DNA from: Candidatus Geothermarchaeota archaeon
GTDB taxonomy: Archaea > Thermoproteota > Nitrososphaeria > Geothermarchaeales > JDFR-13
Direction: 5' to 3'
Assembly (NCBI GenBank): GCA_015523545.1
Contig: WAKB01000011.1
Location: 29,732-53,731, forward strand
DNA: 24,000 nt
The notes beneath the pieces were generated by a model that was not told the origin of the DNA, ran no database searches, and was given only the letters and a program-made list of their open reading frames with translations. The translations under genes were made by a program, and so were the position numbers. Each line of letters begins with the position of its first letter. Position 1 is the first letter of the stretch. Below, in pieces: positions 5,301-14,493 of this stretch.

Positions 5301-7500
5301 ATACCCGGTATATCCTCATGGCCAGCTCCGGTCCGATTCCATGAACCTTCATAAGATCGTTTGGAGAAGCGTTGGCTATCGCCTTTAGGGTGCCGAACTT
5401 CTCCAGTAGTCTCCTGGCCATCTTGTTGTCTATCCCGGGTATTCCGGCTAGTACATATAGCTGTATCTCTTCTAGCTGTTTAGGCTTCTTATCCATCCTT
5501 ATACGCTCCGTCTTCTCCCTGTTTCTAACTGCTCTGTTGTAGAGCACTTTTAACAGGTTGGCGGTCTCCTCCTCGTTCTCGCTGTAGTAGATAGGGATCT
5601 TGTAGTCGTTGACTATGGTTAGTATAGTACCTATTGCCGTATTTGTACCCATTGATATTAGAAGTTCCTTCTTGTCTCCCTCTAGGAGGAGTATCTTATC
5701 ATAGTCCTTCAGCGAGGATAGTTCCTTGAGTTGTGTGAACAGTCTACCCTCGTAGAGGGATCTCATGAAGTCTTTCACGGTCTTCCTCTCGATTATGGTC
5801 CTGCCAACTATGTAGTCGCCTATTTCTAGTGACTCTATCCTCACGGGTATCCTCATGGCCTCCAGTTTGTTTACGATGCTTCCCTGTTCCCTGGTATCTA
5901 CTATGACGATGTACTCATCCATCCTCTGATCACTTGATATGAAGGGGTCTAGTGTTGATGAGGTGCTCATCTGCTCCAGCTCCTTCTTAAGTTCTTTCAA
6001 CTCTCTTACCAGTCTCCTGTACCTATGTATCCCTGCATAGTATTTCTTCTCGTCCCTGGTCCCCCTAAGTATTAGGAATATGACTTTTCCATGTTGTTTA
6101 CGTCCTGTTCTACCCATACGCTGTATCCTTCTGATGACGCTTACTGGGTTGTCGTAGAAGATGACTAGGTCGACCTCCGATATGTCTAGGCCCTCCTCTC
6201 CGATGTTTGTCGCTACTAGGACTCTTATTGCTCCTGTGCTGAAGTCTTCCAGGGTCTTTATCTGTAGACTCTGCTTCATACCCTTGTTTCCATTGTTTCC
6301 CCTGCCTACCAGTACGGATGAGGGGATCCCGAGCTTTGTTGCAATTATGCTGCTCAGCTCATAGGCGTTCTCCTTTAGTGTCGTAAATACGAGTGCACGT
6401 CTAAACCTCTCCTCTGATAGTACTTTTACCAGTTTCTGGGTCTTTGGATGCGTCCTACCGTTTCGAATAAGTGAGTCTAAAAGGTAGTATGCTTCCTTGA
6501 TCTCTCGTTCATTTTTAAGGCTGAGGCCTTTCTTTGAGCTTCCAGAGTATCCCAGTAGTTCGGAGATGTATTTGTGTGCGGTTTGGTATGTATAGCTTTC
6601 TAGGTATGTTAAGAGTTTGTCTAGGAGGATGATCTCATAGAGGATCTTTCTTATCATCTTGATCCTCTTCTCCTCTGCGGCGTTAAATGGTGTTACCTTC
6701 TCGTTTAACTGTGTCCTTATCTCCTCTATCTGGTTATATGAGACCCTGGATTTGTCAATCCTCAACTCGTAAGGTTCAAGCATGAGGTTGGCCCTATCAA
6801 CGTATCTCTCCATAACTATCTTCACTAGGTTGATTATGTGTCTAAGGACAGGGTCCATCTCTATGAATATCGGTTTCACGCTATATCCGTGGAAGTACTG
6901 CTCGATCAGTGGGTCGTCGTGGGTATAGATCTCAAGGTTCTCCAGTCCTAGGTTACGTATAATCTCCATGGTCTTTGTCTTATCGCCGGGCGATGCTGTC
7001 ATGGCTAGTATTCTAGGCTTTATTGATCTTAGTCTGAGATACGTGACTATTTTTACATATGCGTAGTTACCAACTGCTCTATGGGCCTCGTCGAACACTA
7101 GAATATCGTTGTTGTTTATTGAGACTGTCCCCCTGACCAGATCGTTATAGAGTATCTGGGGAGTAGCAAAGACTATCTTCTGATTCCATAGGATCCTCCT
7201 ATTTTCAGGTCTCTGTTCACCTGTCAAGACACCTATAGTTACCCCTCCATCTAGGACTGATCTAAAGAATTTGTAGTGTTGGTGTACGAGTGGTCTTGTA
7301 GGGGCTAGGAAGAAGGCCCTCCCATCGGGGTTTTCATCCAGCCATCTAAGTATAGTTAGTAGGGCTATTACAGTTTTACCTGTTCCTGTGGGGAGGACGA
7401 GTAAAGTGTTTTTCTTAGCTGCCTTCTTAGCCAGTTCGTCCTGATAAACTCGATATTCTAGGGTGTCCTTTTTTAGAAGTGGATGGTTGAAATAGGCCAT
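5278..7500 (-). CDS. hef: Hef: SF2 helicase fused to an ERCC4/XPF nuclease and an HhH2 domain
   Basis: Motif I is LPTGTGKT, motif II is VFDEAH, and motif VI is RMGRTGR. The ERCC4 nuclease motif is GDYIV...IERKTVKD. The C-terminal tandem helix-hairpin-helix is GIPGIDNKMARRLL...VHGIGPELAMRI. At 740 aa it is comparable to Pyrococcus Hef. Confidence 0.92.
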   Translation of the reverse strand: MAYFNHPLLKKDTLEYRVYQDELAKKAAKKNTLLVLPTGTGKTVIALLTILRWLDENPDGRAFFLAPTRPLVHQHYKFFRSVLDGGVTIGVLTGEQRPENRRILWNQKIVFATPQILYNDLVRGTVSINNNDILVFDEAHRAVGNYAYVKIVTYLRLRSIKPRILAMTASPGDKTKTMEIIRNLGLENLEIYTHDDPLIEQYFHGYSVKPIFIEMDPVLRHIINLVKIVMERYVDRANLMLEPYELRIDKSRVSYNQIEEIRTQLNEKVTPFNAAEEKRIKMIRKILYEIILLDKLLTYLESYTYQTAHKYISELLGYSGSSKKGLSLKNEREIKEAYYLLDSLIRNGRTHPKTQKLVKVLSEERFRRALVFTTLKENAYELSSIIATKLGIPSSVLVGRGNNGNKGMKQSLQIKTLEDFSTGAIRVLVATNIGEEGLDISEVDLVIFYDNPVSVIRRIQRMGRTGRKQHGKVIFLILRGTRDEKKYYAGIHRYRRLVRELKELKKELEQMSTSSTLDPFISSDQRMDEYIVIVDTREQGSIVNKLEAMRIPVRIESLEIGDYIVGRTIIERKTVKDFMRSLYEGRLFTQLKELSSLKDYDKILLLEGDKKELLISMGTNTAIGTILTIVNDYKIPIYYSENEEETANLLKVLYNRAVRNREKTERIRMDKKPKQLEEIQLYVLAGIPGIDNKMARRLLEKFGTLKAIANASPNDLMKVHGIGPELAMRIYRVFNHHYRE

Positions 7501-7631
7501 CTCCCGTTAATCTATAGGTTGTCCATAAGTATTAGATATCCTCTCTTTCCCTCCGTAGACATTGACATTGATTATTTACACCTTACTCTTCGCCTCCTCG
7601 TAAACTGTATTCATACTATAACTATTATGGA

Positions 7632-9407
7632 ATGGAAGCTGGGATCGACGACAAAGTGGTTGAGTACTATCTCAGGAAACTGACAAGATCGCCGGCTGTA
7701 TACTTGCTTGAACAGCCTACTGGTGCAGGCAAGTCCACACTAGCGAGTATACTGGCAATGAAGCTCTGGCACTTTGGTAGAATAAATAGCTTCATATTCG
7801 TAAGGACGCATACACTAGTCGAGGAATATTTCAATCGTATTCGTAATCTCGCTGCGTCCTACGAATATAGGGACGTGTTGGTAGCTCCCGTAATGGGTAA
7901 GGATTTTATGTGTTTATACGGGAGTCCAACGAACCCGGCGATAGCTTATTCAGTCTGTAGGGCTAGGGGAAACGGCTTTGATTGTCCTGATTATAGGGCT
8001 ACTGTAGCCGGTGATCCATTGAATACATATATTAAGGAGTACAGCAAGGGCAGAACCTTCGATGAGACCATTGAGAAGCTTATTGAGAATGGATTCTGTC
8101 CCTACTACTCGCTTAAATATGTTGCTAGAAACTCGCCAATCATTGTTGCTACCTATAACCATTTAACGGACAGATACCTCTTTACAGCCACCGCTCCCAT
8201 GAGATATGTGATTTTCATAGATGAAGCCCACAACTTGATGGATCTACTAATCGATTCGAGAACCAAGGTTTTCAACATTAGGAGTCTACGCCTGCTACAA
8301 ACAAAGTTTGAGAATGTCGGGTGGAAGGAGGAAGAGAGGACGGTCTCCATTCTAATGGATATGCTGAGACGGAATGGAGCAGGGGATAAGGAGAAGATTT
8401 ATCAGACTCTCATGTTTCTAAGCGAACTTTTGAACAGGCGATTCGCTAAGGGGATGCTGGAAGAGAATATACTGGTTTTCGAGTCTCTTCTCAAGGAGGA
8501 GTTTGACGAATATATGGATGTCCTGCAGGATATAATTCACCTGCCAAAGAAGTTTGAGGGCGAGCTGAAAATCCTACGGGATAAACTGATTCTACAGTTC
8601 CCGAGTCGCCACGGCTTTCTATCCAAATTGGTAAATTCCTCGTTATCAACAATGCTTATGTCGGCAACTCTAAGTCCAACTGATCTCTATGTTGACTTGC
8701 TCGGCAAGCTTGGGGTGGAGAAGCCTGTCATAAAGGTGTCTAAGCCCTATCTCTTCGATCCTCTCGATAAGTGTAACATATCTGTTAAGCTACTCAGATC
8801 CTTCACGAGCAGGTATGTTGAACGTTCACCTGAACAGATTAGTAGGATCGTGGACTTTATCATCGAGCTTAGGAGGAAAACATTGGGTGACATATACGTG
8901 TTCCTGCCCTCAAAAGACTTGTCTAGACAAGTTTATGATGAGTATCTCTCTTACGTGCTTGGGACAGATAGCTTTTCACCAGCATTTCTAATCGACATCA
9001 TGGATGAGAAGGAGATAGAAAACATGATCAGGATCCGCAAGAAGGTTGTGTTCATGACTCATAGAGGCCGGTATTCAGAAGGTGTTAACCTGTTTAGATC
9101 GGTGGGGGGCGAGGTATCCATAGTAATCTATGGCCTCTCCATACTGCCCATGGATGATCTATATGATGTTAGGCTGTCGACGATTCTATCCTCAAGGTTG
9201 AGGAGAAAACTATTTTTATACGGCTACATAGTACCGGCTATCAATTATATAATCCAGGTGATCGGGAGATTTGTAAGGCCACGAAGGAGTATCAACATTT
9301 ATTTGCTTGAACGTAGGGCGCTTAAGTATTTCAGAGAAGAGAATTTGATTCCTGAATGGTTCAGGAATAAGATAGTGTTTCCTAGAGACAAGGGTGGTGC
9401 TGATTGA
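7632..9407 (+). CDS. xpd: XPD/Rad3-like (DinG-family) SF2 helicase with a 4-Cys Fe-S cluster domain
   Basis: Motif I is QPTGAGKS. Four Cys lie between motifs Ia and II (FMCLYG, SVCRARG, FDCPDY, GFCPYY). Other motifs are VATYNHL, IDEAHNL (DEAH box), MSATLSP, RGRYSEGVNL and QVIGRFVRPRR (motif VI). Confidence 0.82.
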   Translation: MEAGIDDKVVEYYLRKLTRSPAVYLLEQPTGAGKSTLASILAMKLWHFGRINSFIFVRTHTLVEEYFNRIRNLAASYEYRDVLVAPVMGKDFMCLYGSPTNPAIAYSVCRARGNGFDCPDYRATVAGDPLNTYIKEYSKGRTFDETIEKLIENGFCPYYSLKYVARNSPIIVATYNHLTDRYLFTATAPMRYVIFIDEAHNLMDLLIDSRTKVFNIRSLRLLQTKFENVGWKEEERTVSILMDMLRRNGAGDKEKIYQTLMFLSELLNRRFAKGMLEENILVFESLLKEEFDEYMDVLQDIIHLPKKFEGELKILRDKLILQFPSRHGFLSKLVNSSLSTMLMSATLSPTDLYVDLLGKLGVEKPVIKVSKPYLFDPLDKCNISVKLLRSFTSRYVERSPEQISRIVDFIIELRRKTLGDIYVFLPSKDLSRQVYDEYLSYVLGTDSFSPAFLIDIMDEKEIENMIRIRKKVVFMTHRGRYSEGVNLFRSVGGEVSIVIYGLSILPMDDLYDVRLSTILSSRLRRKLFLYGYIVPAINYIIQVIGRFVRPRRSINIYLLERRALKYFREENLIPEWFRNKIVFPRDKGGAD

Positions 9408-9904
9408 GGATCCTAGTCCATGGGGATCTACTTCCCCCACGTAGAGAGCTGGATGCATTGGCAAGGCTAATAAGAGAGGTTGGCATGGGGATTTCCGATA
9501 TCTATATCGTGGATGTACTGAATGTCATCAATCCCGAGACGGCTATAGATCTATCTACAATGCTCGATCCCAGAACAAATCTCAGGATATTCAAGCCATT
9601 CTCCATTGATAGCGTATTAATCGACTCGTTTAGCTGGTCGGAGAGCGGGTTGAAGCTGATTTATAACATTCCCTGCTCCGAGCTTTTTTCTTTGACTAGC
9701 AGGAGCTGCCCCTTCACTCTTCTCCTCCTCCTGAATAACGTGTGGAGTAGCCAGGGAGTTGTTTTCTGGCTCTATGAGCGGCTGGACCCCTCGCTTATTG
9801 ATCTAATGTCCAACTTCTTCGACAAGATATACGTGAAGCTATCCACCCCGGCAGGGATGAAACTAAGGGAAGATCTATCTGATGGCGAAGGTTATGAACC
9901 ATGA
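9404..9904 (+). CDS. Hypothetical protein, translationally coupled to the XPD-like helicase
   Basis: 166-aa ORF. Its TTG start (9404) overlaps the helicase stop (TGA 9405-9407) in the tetranucleotide TTGA. I recognise no motif. It has alternating hydrophobic strands (IYIVDVLNV, FTLLLLLNN). The start is uncertain. Confidence 0.5.
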   Translation: MRILVHGDLLPPRRELDALARLIREVGMGISDIYIVDVLNVINPETAIDLSTMLDPRTNLRIFKPFSIDSVLIDSFSWSESGLKLIYNIPCSELFSLTSRSCPFTLLLLLNNVWSSQGVVFWLYERLDPSLIDLMSNFFDKIYVKLSTPAGMKLREDLSDGEGYEP

Positions 9905-10216
9905 AGAGAACATCATCAACATCATTACAAGCACTACGCCAATATAGAACAGCGTTCTATCCCTAGAGTTCTTCTCGATGGTCGTTAAAATCATGTACAT
10001 AGCCACTAGGTAGACCAGATTAACCACGGTGAATAACGTTGTGTTTGGGAAGTTCCTAGGATTGATATTCATTATACCGGTTAAAAGGAGTGCAAATATC
10101 CCTGAGATAGCGATTTTCACGAAGTTTCCTATCCTACCTCTACTTAATATACCCTTCCTAGCAGTCCTCTCCACCCTATACTTCAGGATCTTCTCCACTG
10201 ACTCGTAGATCCCCAT
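9875..10216 (-). CDS. Small integral membrane protein (about 3 TM helices), function unknown
   Basis: Hydrophobic segments are FVKIAISGIFALLLTGIM, LFTVVNLVYLVAMYMILTTI and LFYIGVVLVMMLMMFSSWFITFAI. The track ORF start at 10417 would overlap the divergent Zn-ribbon ORF, so I trimmed it to Met 10216, downstream of a minus-strand TATA-like box (about 10263-10272). Confidence 0.5.
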   Translation of the reverse strand: MGIYESVEKILKYRVERTARKGILSRGRIGNFVKIAISGIFALLLTGIMNINPRNFPNTTLFTVVNLVYLVAMYMILTTIEKNSRDRTLFYIGVVLVMMLMMFSSWFITFAIR

Positions 10217-10277
10217 ACCAAGACTATTAGGATCTAGACACGTTATAAAACCTTGGACACCCAATTTATAATTCGCT

Positions 10278-10463
10278 ATGCCCTTCATCGTGAAGTGTTC
10301 TAACTGTGGAGAGGTGTATTTCCTAGACTCAGATCCCCAACCCATCCCCAAGCTAGTTAGAACATTAGAGAGCTGCATGGTTTGTGGACGTATCTTTGAT
10401 CCCCAGGATTTTAGCATCGTCGTATCCCCAGTCGATATAGGAGAGGAAGGGGATGTAACGTGA
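10278..10463 (+). CDS. Small Zn-ribbon protein (CxxC...CxxC), coupled to gcvT
   Basis: 61-aa ORF with CSNCGEVYF...CMVCGRIF. TATA-like TTATAAAA at 10243-10250 is correctly spaced for a near-leaderless start at 10278. Its stop overlaps the gcvT GTG start (GTGA, 10460-10463). Confidence 0.55.
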   Translation: MPFIVKCSNCGEVYFLDSDPQPIPKLVRTLESCMVCGRIFDPQDFSIVVSPVDIGEEGDVT

Positions 10464-11584
10464 GAAGATCCCCCCTAGATCCTCTGCATAGGGAGTTATC
10501 CGCAACCTTTACAAGCTTCTCAGGATATGTCCTCCCACTATACTACTCATCTATAGTTAAGGAGCACCTGACGGTTAGAGACAGGGTAGGTATATTTGAT
10601 GTTTCCCACATGGGTAGGATCCGGGTCAGCGGGGAATCTGCTACAGAGTTCCTTAACTATGTTACCGCAAATGATGTGGAGAAGCTGTATGACGGGAGGA
10701 TGCAGTACTCCCTGGTCCTCAATGAGTCTGGGGGGATAAAGGACGACATAACCGTATATAGATTGGCTAACAATGACTACATCCTGGTCGTTAACGCCGC
10801 AAACCGTGAGAAGATCCTGAATTGGCTCAGCCTAAAGAAGGATCCATGGGGAGATATATCCATAAGAGACGTTACTGATGATTCGTCTATGTTTGCTATC
10901 CAGGGTCCCTATTCTAAGATGGTCTATGAAGAGTATTTCTCAGAGAGCTTCAACCTTAAGAGGTTTCACTTCTGGAAGGGAACGGATCCAGGGACGGGTC
11001 AGGCGCAGATCATAGTCTCTAGATCGGGATATACAGGTGAAGATGGTTTTGAGATGATCATGTTTACCAAGGACAAGATGTTGATGATGAGGAGTTTCAA
11101 GACGCTATTGTCTATAATCAATTCTTACGAAGGTCTCCCATGTGGCCTTGGAGCCAGAGACTCCTTGAGGCTAGAGGCCGGATATTGCTTGTATGGTAAC
11201 GACATAGACGAGAATACTAATCCATATGAAGCGTCGTTGGGATGGGTTGTCAAGATGTATAAGACTGACTTCATAGGGAAGAAGGCATTGGAGAATTTAG
11301 GGAAGCCTGAGCGAATAAGAACCGGACTCGTTATGGAGGATAGAAGCATTCCTCGTAGAGGAAATACGCTGCATGTTGATGGAGACGTAGTAGGTATAGT
11401 GACTAGTGGTGGATACTCACCAATTCTCCTAAAGGGAGTAGGGATGGTCTATGTAAGTACCAAGTACTCGTCTGAAGAGACTGAGGTCTATGTCTCTGTG
11501 CGAGGCCGAGCCAAAAAAGGTGTTATAAAGGCCTTTCCATTGTATGATCCGGAGAGATACGGCTTTACTAGGAAGTCTCTATAG
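10460..11584 (+). CDS. gcvT: Glycine cleavage system T protein (aminomethyltransferase)
   Basis: At 374 aa it has typical GcvT blocks: PLHRE..A.F..F.GY..PL.Y, GIFDVSHMGRI.V.G, SRSGYTGEDGFE, GLGARDSLRLEAGY.LYGNDI. GTG start. Confidence 0.93.
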   Translation: MRRSPLDPLHRELSATFTSFSGYVLPLYYSSIVKEHLTVRDRVGIFDVSHMGRIRVSGESATEFLNYVTANDVEKLYDGRMQYSLVLNESGGIKDDITVYRLANNDYILVVNAANREKILNWLSLKKDPWGDISIRDVTDDSSMFAIQGPYSKMVYEEYFSESFNLKRFHFWKGTDPGTGQAQIIVSRSGYTGEDGFEMIMFTKDKMLMMRSFKTLLSIINSYEGLPCGLGARDSLRLEAGYCLYGNDIDENTNPYEASLGWVVKMYKTDFIGKKALENLGKPERIRTGLVMEDRSIPRRGNTLHVDGDVVGIVTSGGYSPILLKGVGMVYVSTKYSSEETEVYVSVRGRAKKGVIKAFPLYDPERYGFTRKSL

Positions 11585-11622
11585 ACTTCTTCAATACTAT
11601 TAGCGTCTTATACACTATTATT

Positions 11623-12015
11623 ATGAGCAGCTATAAAGTTCCCCAAAACCTCCTGTACACCGAGACCCATGAATGGGTAGAGACTATAAATGGGGAGATT
11701 AGGGTGGGTATAACGGATTATGCCCAGAGCAAGCTTGGTGACGTTGTATACGTCGAGCTCCCACCCACTGGGAAGAGGTTTAACAAGGGTGAGAAGGTTT
11801 GTGAAATAGAGTCTGTAAAGACTGTTGCAGAGATATATGCGCCAGTAACTGGGGTTATAACAGAGGTTAATGAGAAGTTGTCTGATGCTCCGGAGTTGGT
11901 CAATGAGGATCCCTACGGAGAGGGATGGATATTCAAGATGTCGGTGGAAGACCCCTCTCAACTGAACACCCTTCTGCCTCCTGAGAAGTATGTAGAGCTG
12001 CAAGAGGAGGAGTAG
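11623..12015 (+). CDS. gcvH: Glycine cleavage system H protein (lipoyl carrier)
   Basis: YTETHEWV, GITDYAQ..LGDVVYVELP and the lipoyl-lysine motif EIESVKTVAEIYAPVTG are present. Length is 130 aa. Confidence 0.95.
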   Translation: MSSYKVPQNLLYTETHEWVETINGEIRVGITDYAQSKLGDVVYVELPPTGKRFNKGEKVCEIESVKTVAEIYAPVTGVITEVNEKLSDAPELVNEDPYGEGWIFKMSVEDPSQLNTLLPPEKYVELQEEE

Positions 12016-12018
12016 GGA

Positions 12019-13425
<1,407 letters not shown>

Positions 13426-13452
13426 TCAGAAATTATTATTGGACAAGCCTCT

Positions 13453-13460
13453 GTTTTTAA
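13453..13460 (-). promoter_or_regulatory. TATA-like box upstream of tRNA-Gly
   Basis: The minus strand reads TTAAAAAC and is centred about 30 nt upstream of the tRNA 5' end (13425). On the plus strand the same T5 run could also serve as an oligo-T terminator for the glyA operon. Confidence 0.4.
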
Positions 13461-13502
13461 GTTATCCTCTCAAATTAACGATATTTTAAACGGGGTGTAA
13501 GG

Positions 13503-13691
13503 ATGCCTGAATGCCCTAACTGTGGCGGAGAGATGAAATTCGATAGGAAGGTAAGAATGTATGTATGTAGAAACTGTGGGTTAATGATGACTAGGAGGGA
13601 TCTCGACCTCCTACGTGACAAGAGGTTTGAAGAGGAGAAGGATCTTGTTGAGGAGTATCTAGAGTGGTGGAGCACTAGGAAGAAGAGATGA
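13503..13691 (+). CDS. Small Zn-ribbon protein with a basic/acidic helical tail
   Basis: 62-aa ORF with CPNCGGEM...CRNCGLMM. Its stop overlaps the start of the GPN GTPase gene (ATGA, 13688-13691). Confidence 0.6.
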   Translation: MPECPNCGGEMKFDRKVRMYVCRNCGLMMTRRDLDLLRDKRFEEEKDLVEEYLEWWSTRKKR

Positions 13692-14455
13692 GTAAAGCGG
13701 TTGTCATAGTAGGCGTAGCTGGTTCCGGGAAGACGTGGACTGCCTACACGCTTTACGAATGGTTTAGAAACGAGGATCAAGACGCCTACATCCTTAATCT
13801 GGACCCTGGTGTTGATAAGCTGCCCTACCAACCCACCTTCGACATAAGGGAATACGTAGATCTTTGGAGGGTTATGGATGAGTATGGCCTGGGCCCCAAT
13901 GGAGGCCTCATAGTCTCCATGGATTTGATGGTGAACTATATTGAGAAGATTAATAGTGTCCTACGATCCCTCGGAACTGGGCTAGCCATAATAGATACGC
14001 CAGGCCAGCTAGAGATCTTCCTCTACAGACCCTCGGGAAAAGTCCTCCTAGACTCTCTTGATGTGGAGGATATTCTCCTTCTCTACGTTGTAGACGGGGT
14101 TTTTGTGAGGGAGACGAGGAATCTAGTGGCAAGTATGTTGCTAGGCGGGACTCTTAGGCTTAGGTTTGACAAGCCTCTACTAGCCGCTATCAATAAGATC
14201 GACCTCCTGAGTGACGATGAAGTCGAGAGGCTGATGAAGCTGGTTACTAAGCCACAATATCTAAAGGAGGAGGCTGATAAGAGCCTCGGTAGTTTCGAGG
14301 CAGACTTTATATACAGGCTAACAGTCTTGATGAGGCGTTATGGGGTCTATACAGACTTCATACCCATCTCATCCCTCTACATGACTAACTATGACAAGTT
14401 GATAGCCTCGATAACCAGGGTTCTCTATGGAGGTGAGGAGTACTATACTGTTTGA
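13688..14455 (+). CDS. GPN-loop GTPase (XAB1/Npa3/PAB0955 family)
   Basis: G1 is GVAGSGKT. The GPN signature is GLGPNGG. G3 is IDTPGQLE and G4 is INKIDLL. Length is 255 aa. Confidence 0.9.
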   Translation: MSKAVVIVGVAGSGKTWTAYTLYEWFRNEDQDAYILNLDPGVDKLPYQPTFDIREYVDLWRVMDEYGLGPNGGLIVSMDLMVNYIEKINSVLRSLGTGLAIIDTPGQLEIFLYRPSGKVLLDSLDVEDILLLYVVDGVFVRETRNLVASMLLGGTLRLRFDKPLLAAINKIDLLSDDEVERLMKLVTKPQYLKEEADKSLGSFEADFIYRLTVLMRRYGVYTDFIPISSLYMTNYDKLIASITRVLYGGEEYYTV

Positions 14456-14464
14456 ATACCCAGA

Positions 14465-14474
14465 TTTAAATATA
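14465..14474 (+). promoter_or_regulatory. TATA-like box for the coiled-coil protein gene
   Basis: TTTAAATATA is centred about 25 nt upstream of ATG 14494, consistent with a leaderless transcript. Confidence 0.4.
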
Positions 14475-14493
14475 CACTATGACAACACTTTAG

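Noticed and set aside
7483-7683. The 66-aa ORF spanning the Hef/XPD intergenic region could be a gene.
   Set aside because: It overlaps the starts of both flanking genes, has no motif, and occupies the divergent promoter region.
10217-10417. The N-terminal 67 aa of the track ORF 9875-10417 could be real.
   Set aside because: This extension overlaps the Zn-ribbon ORF and both TATA-like boxes. The hydrophobic membrane core starts after Met 10216.
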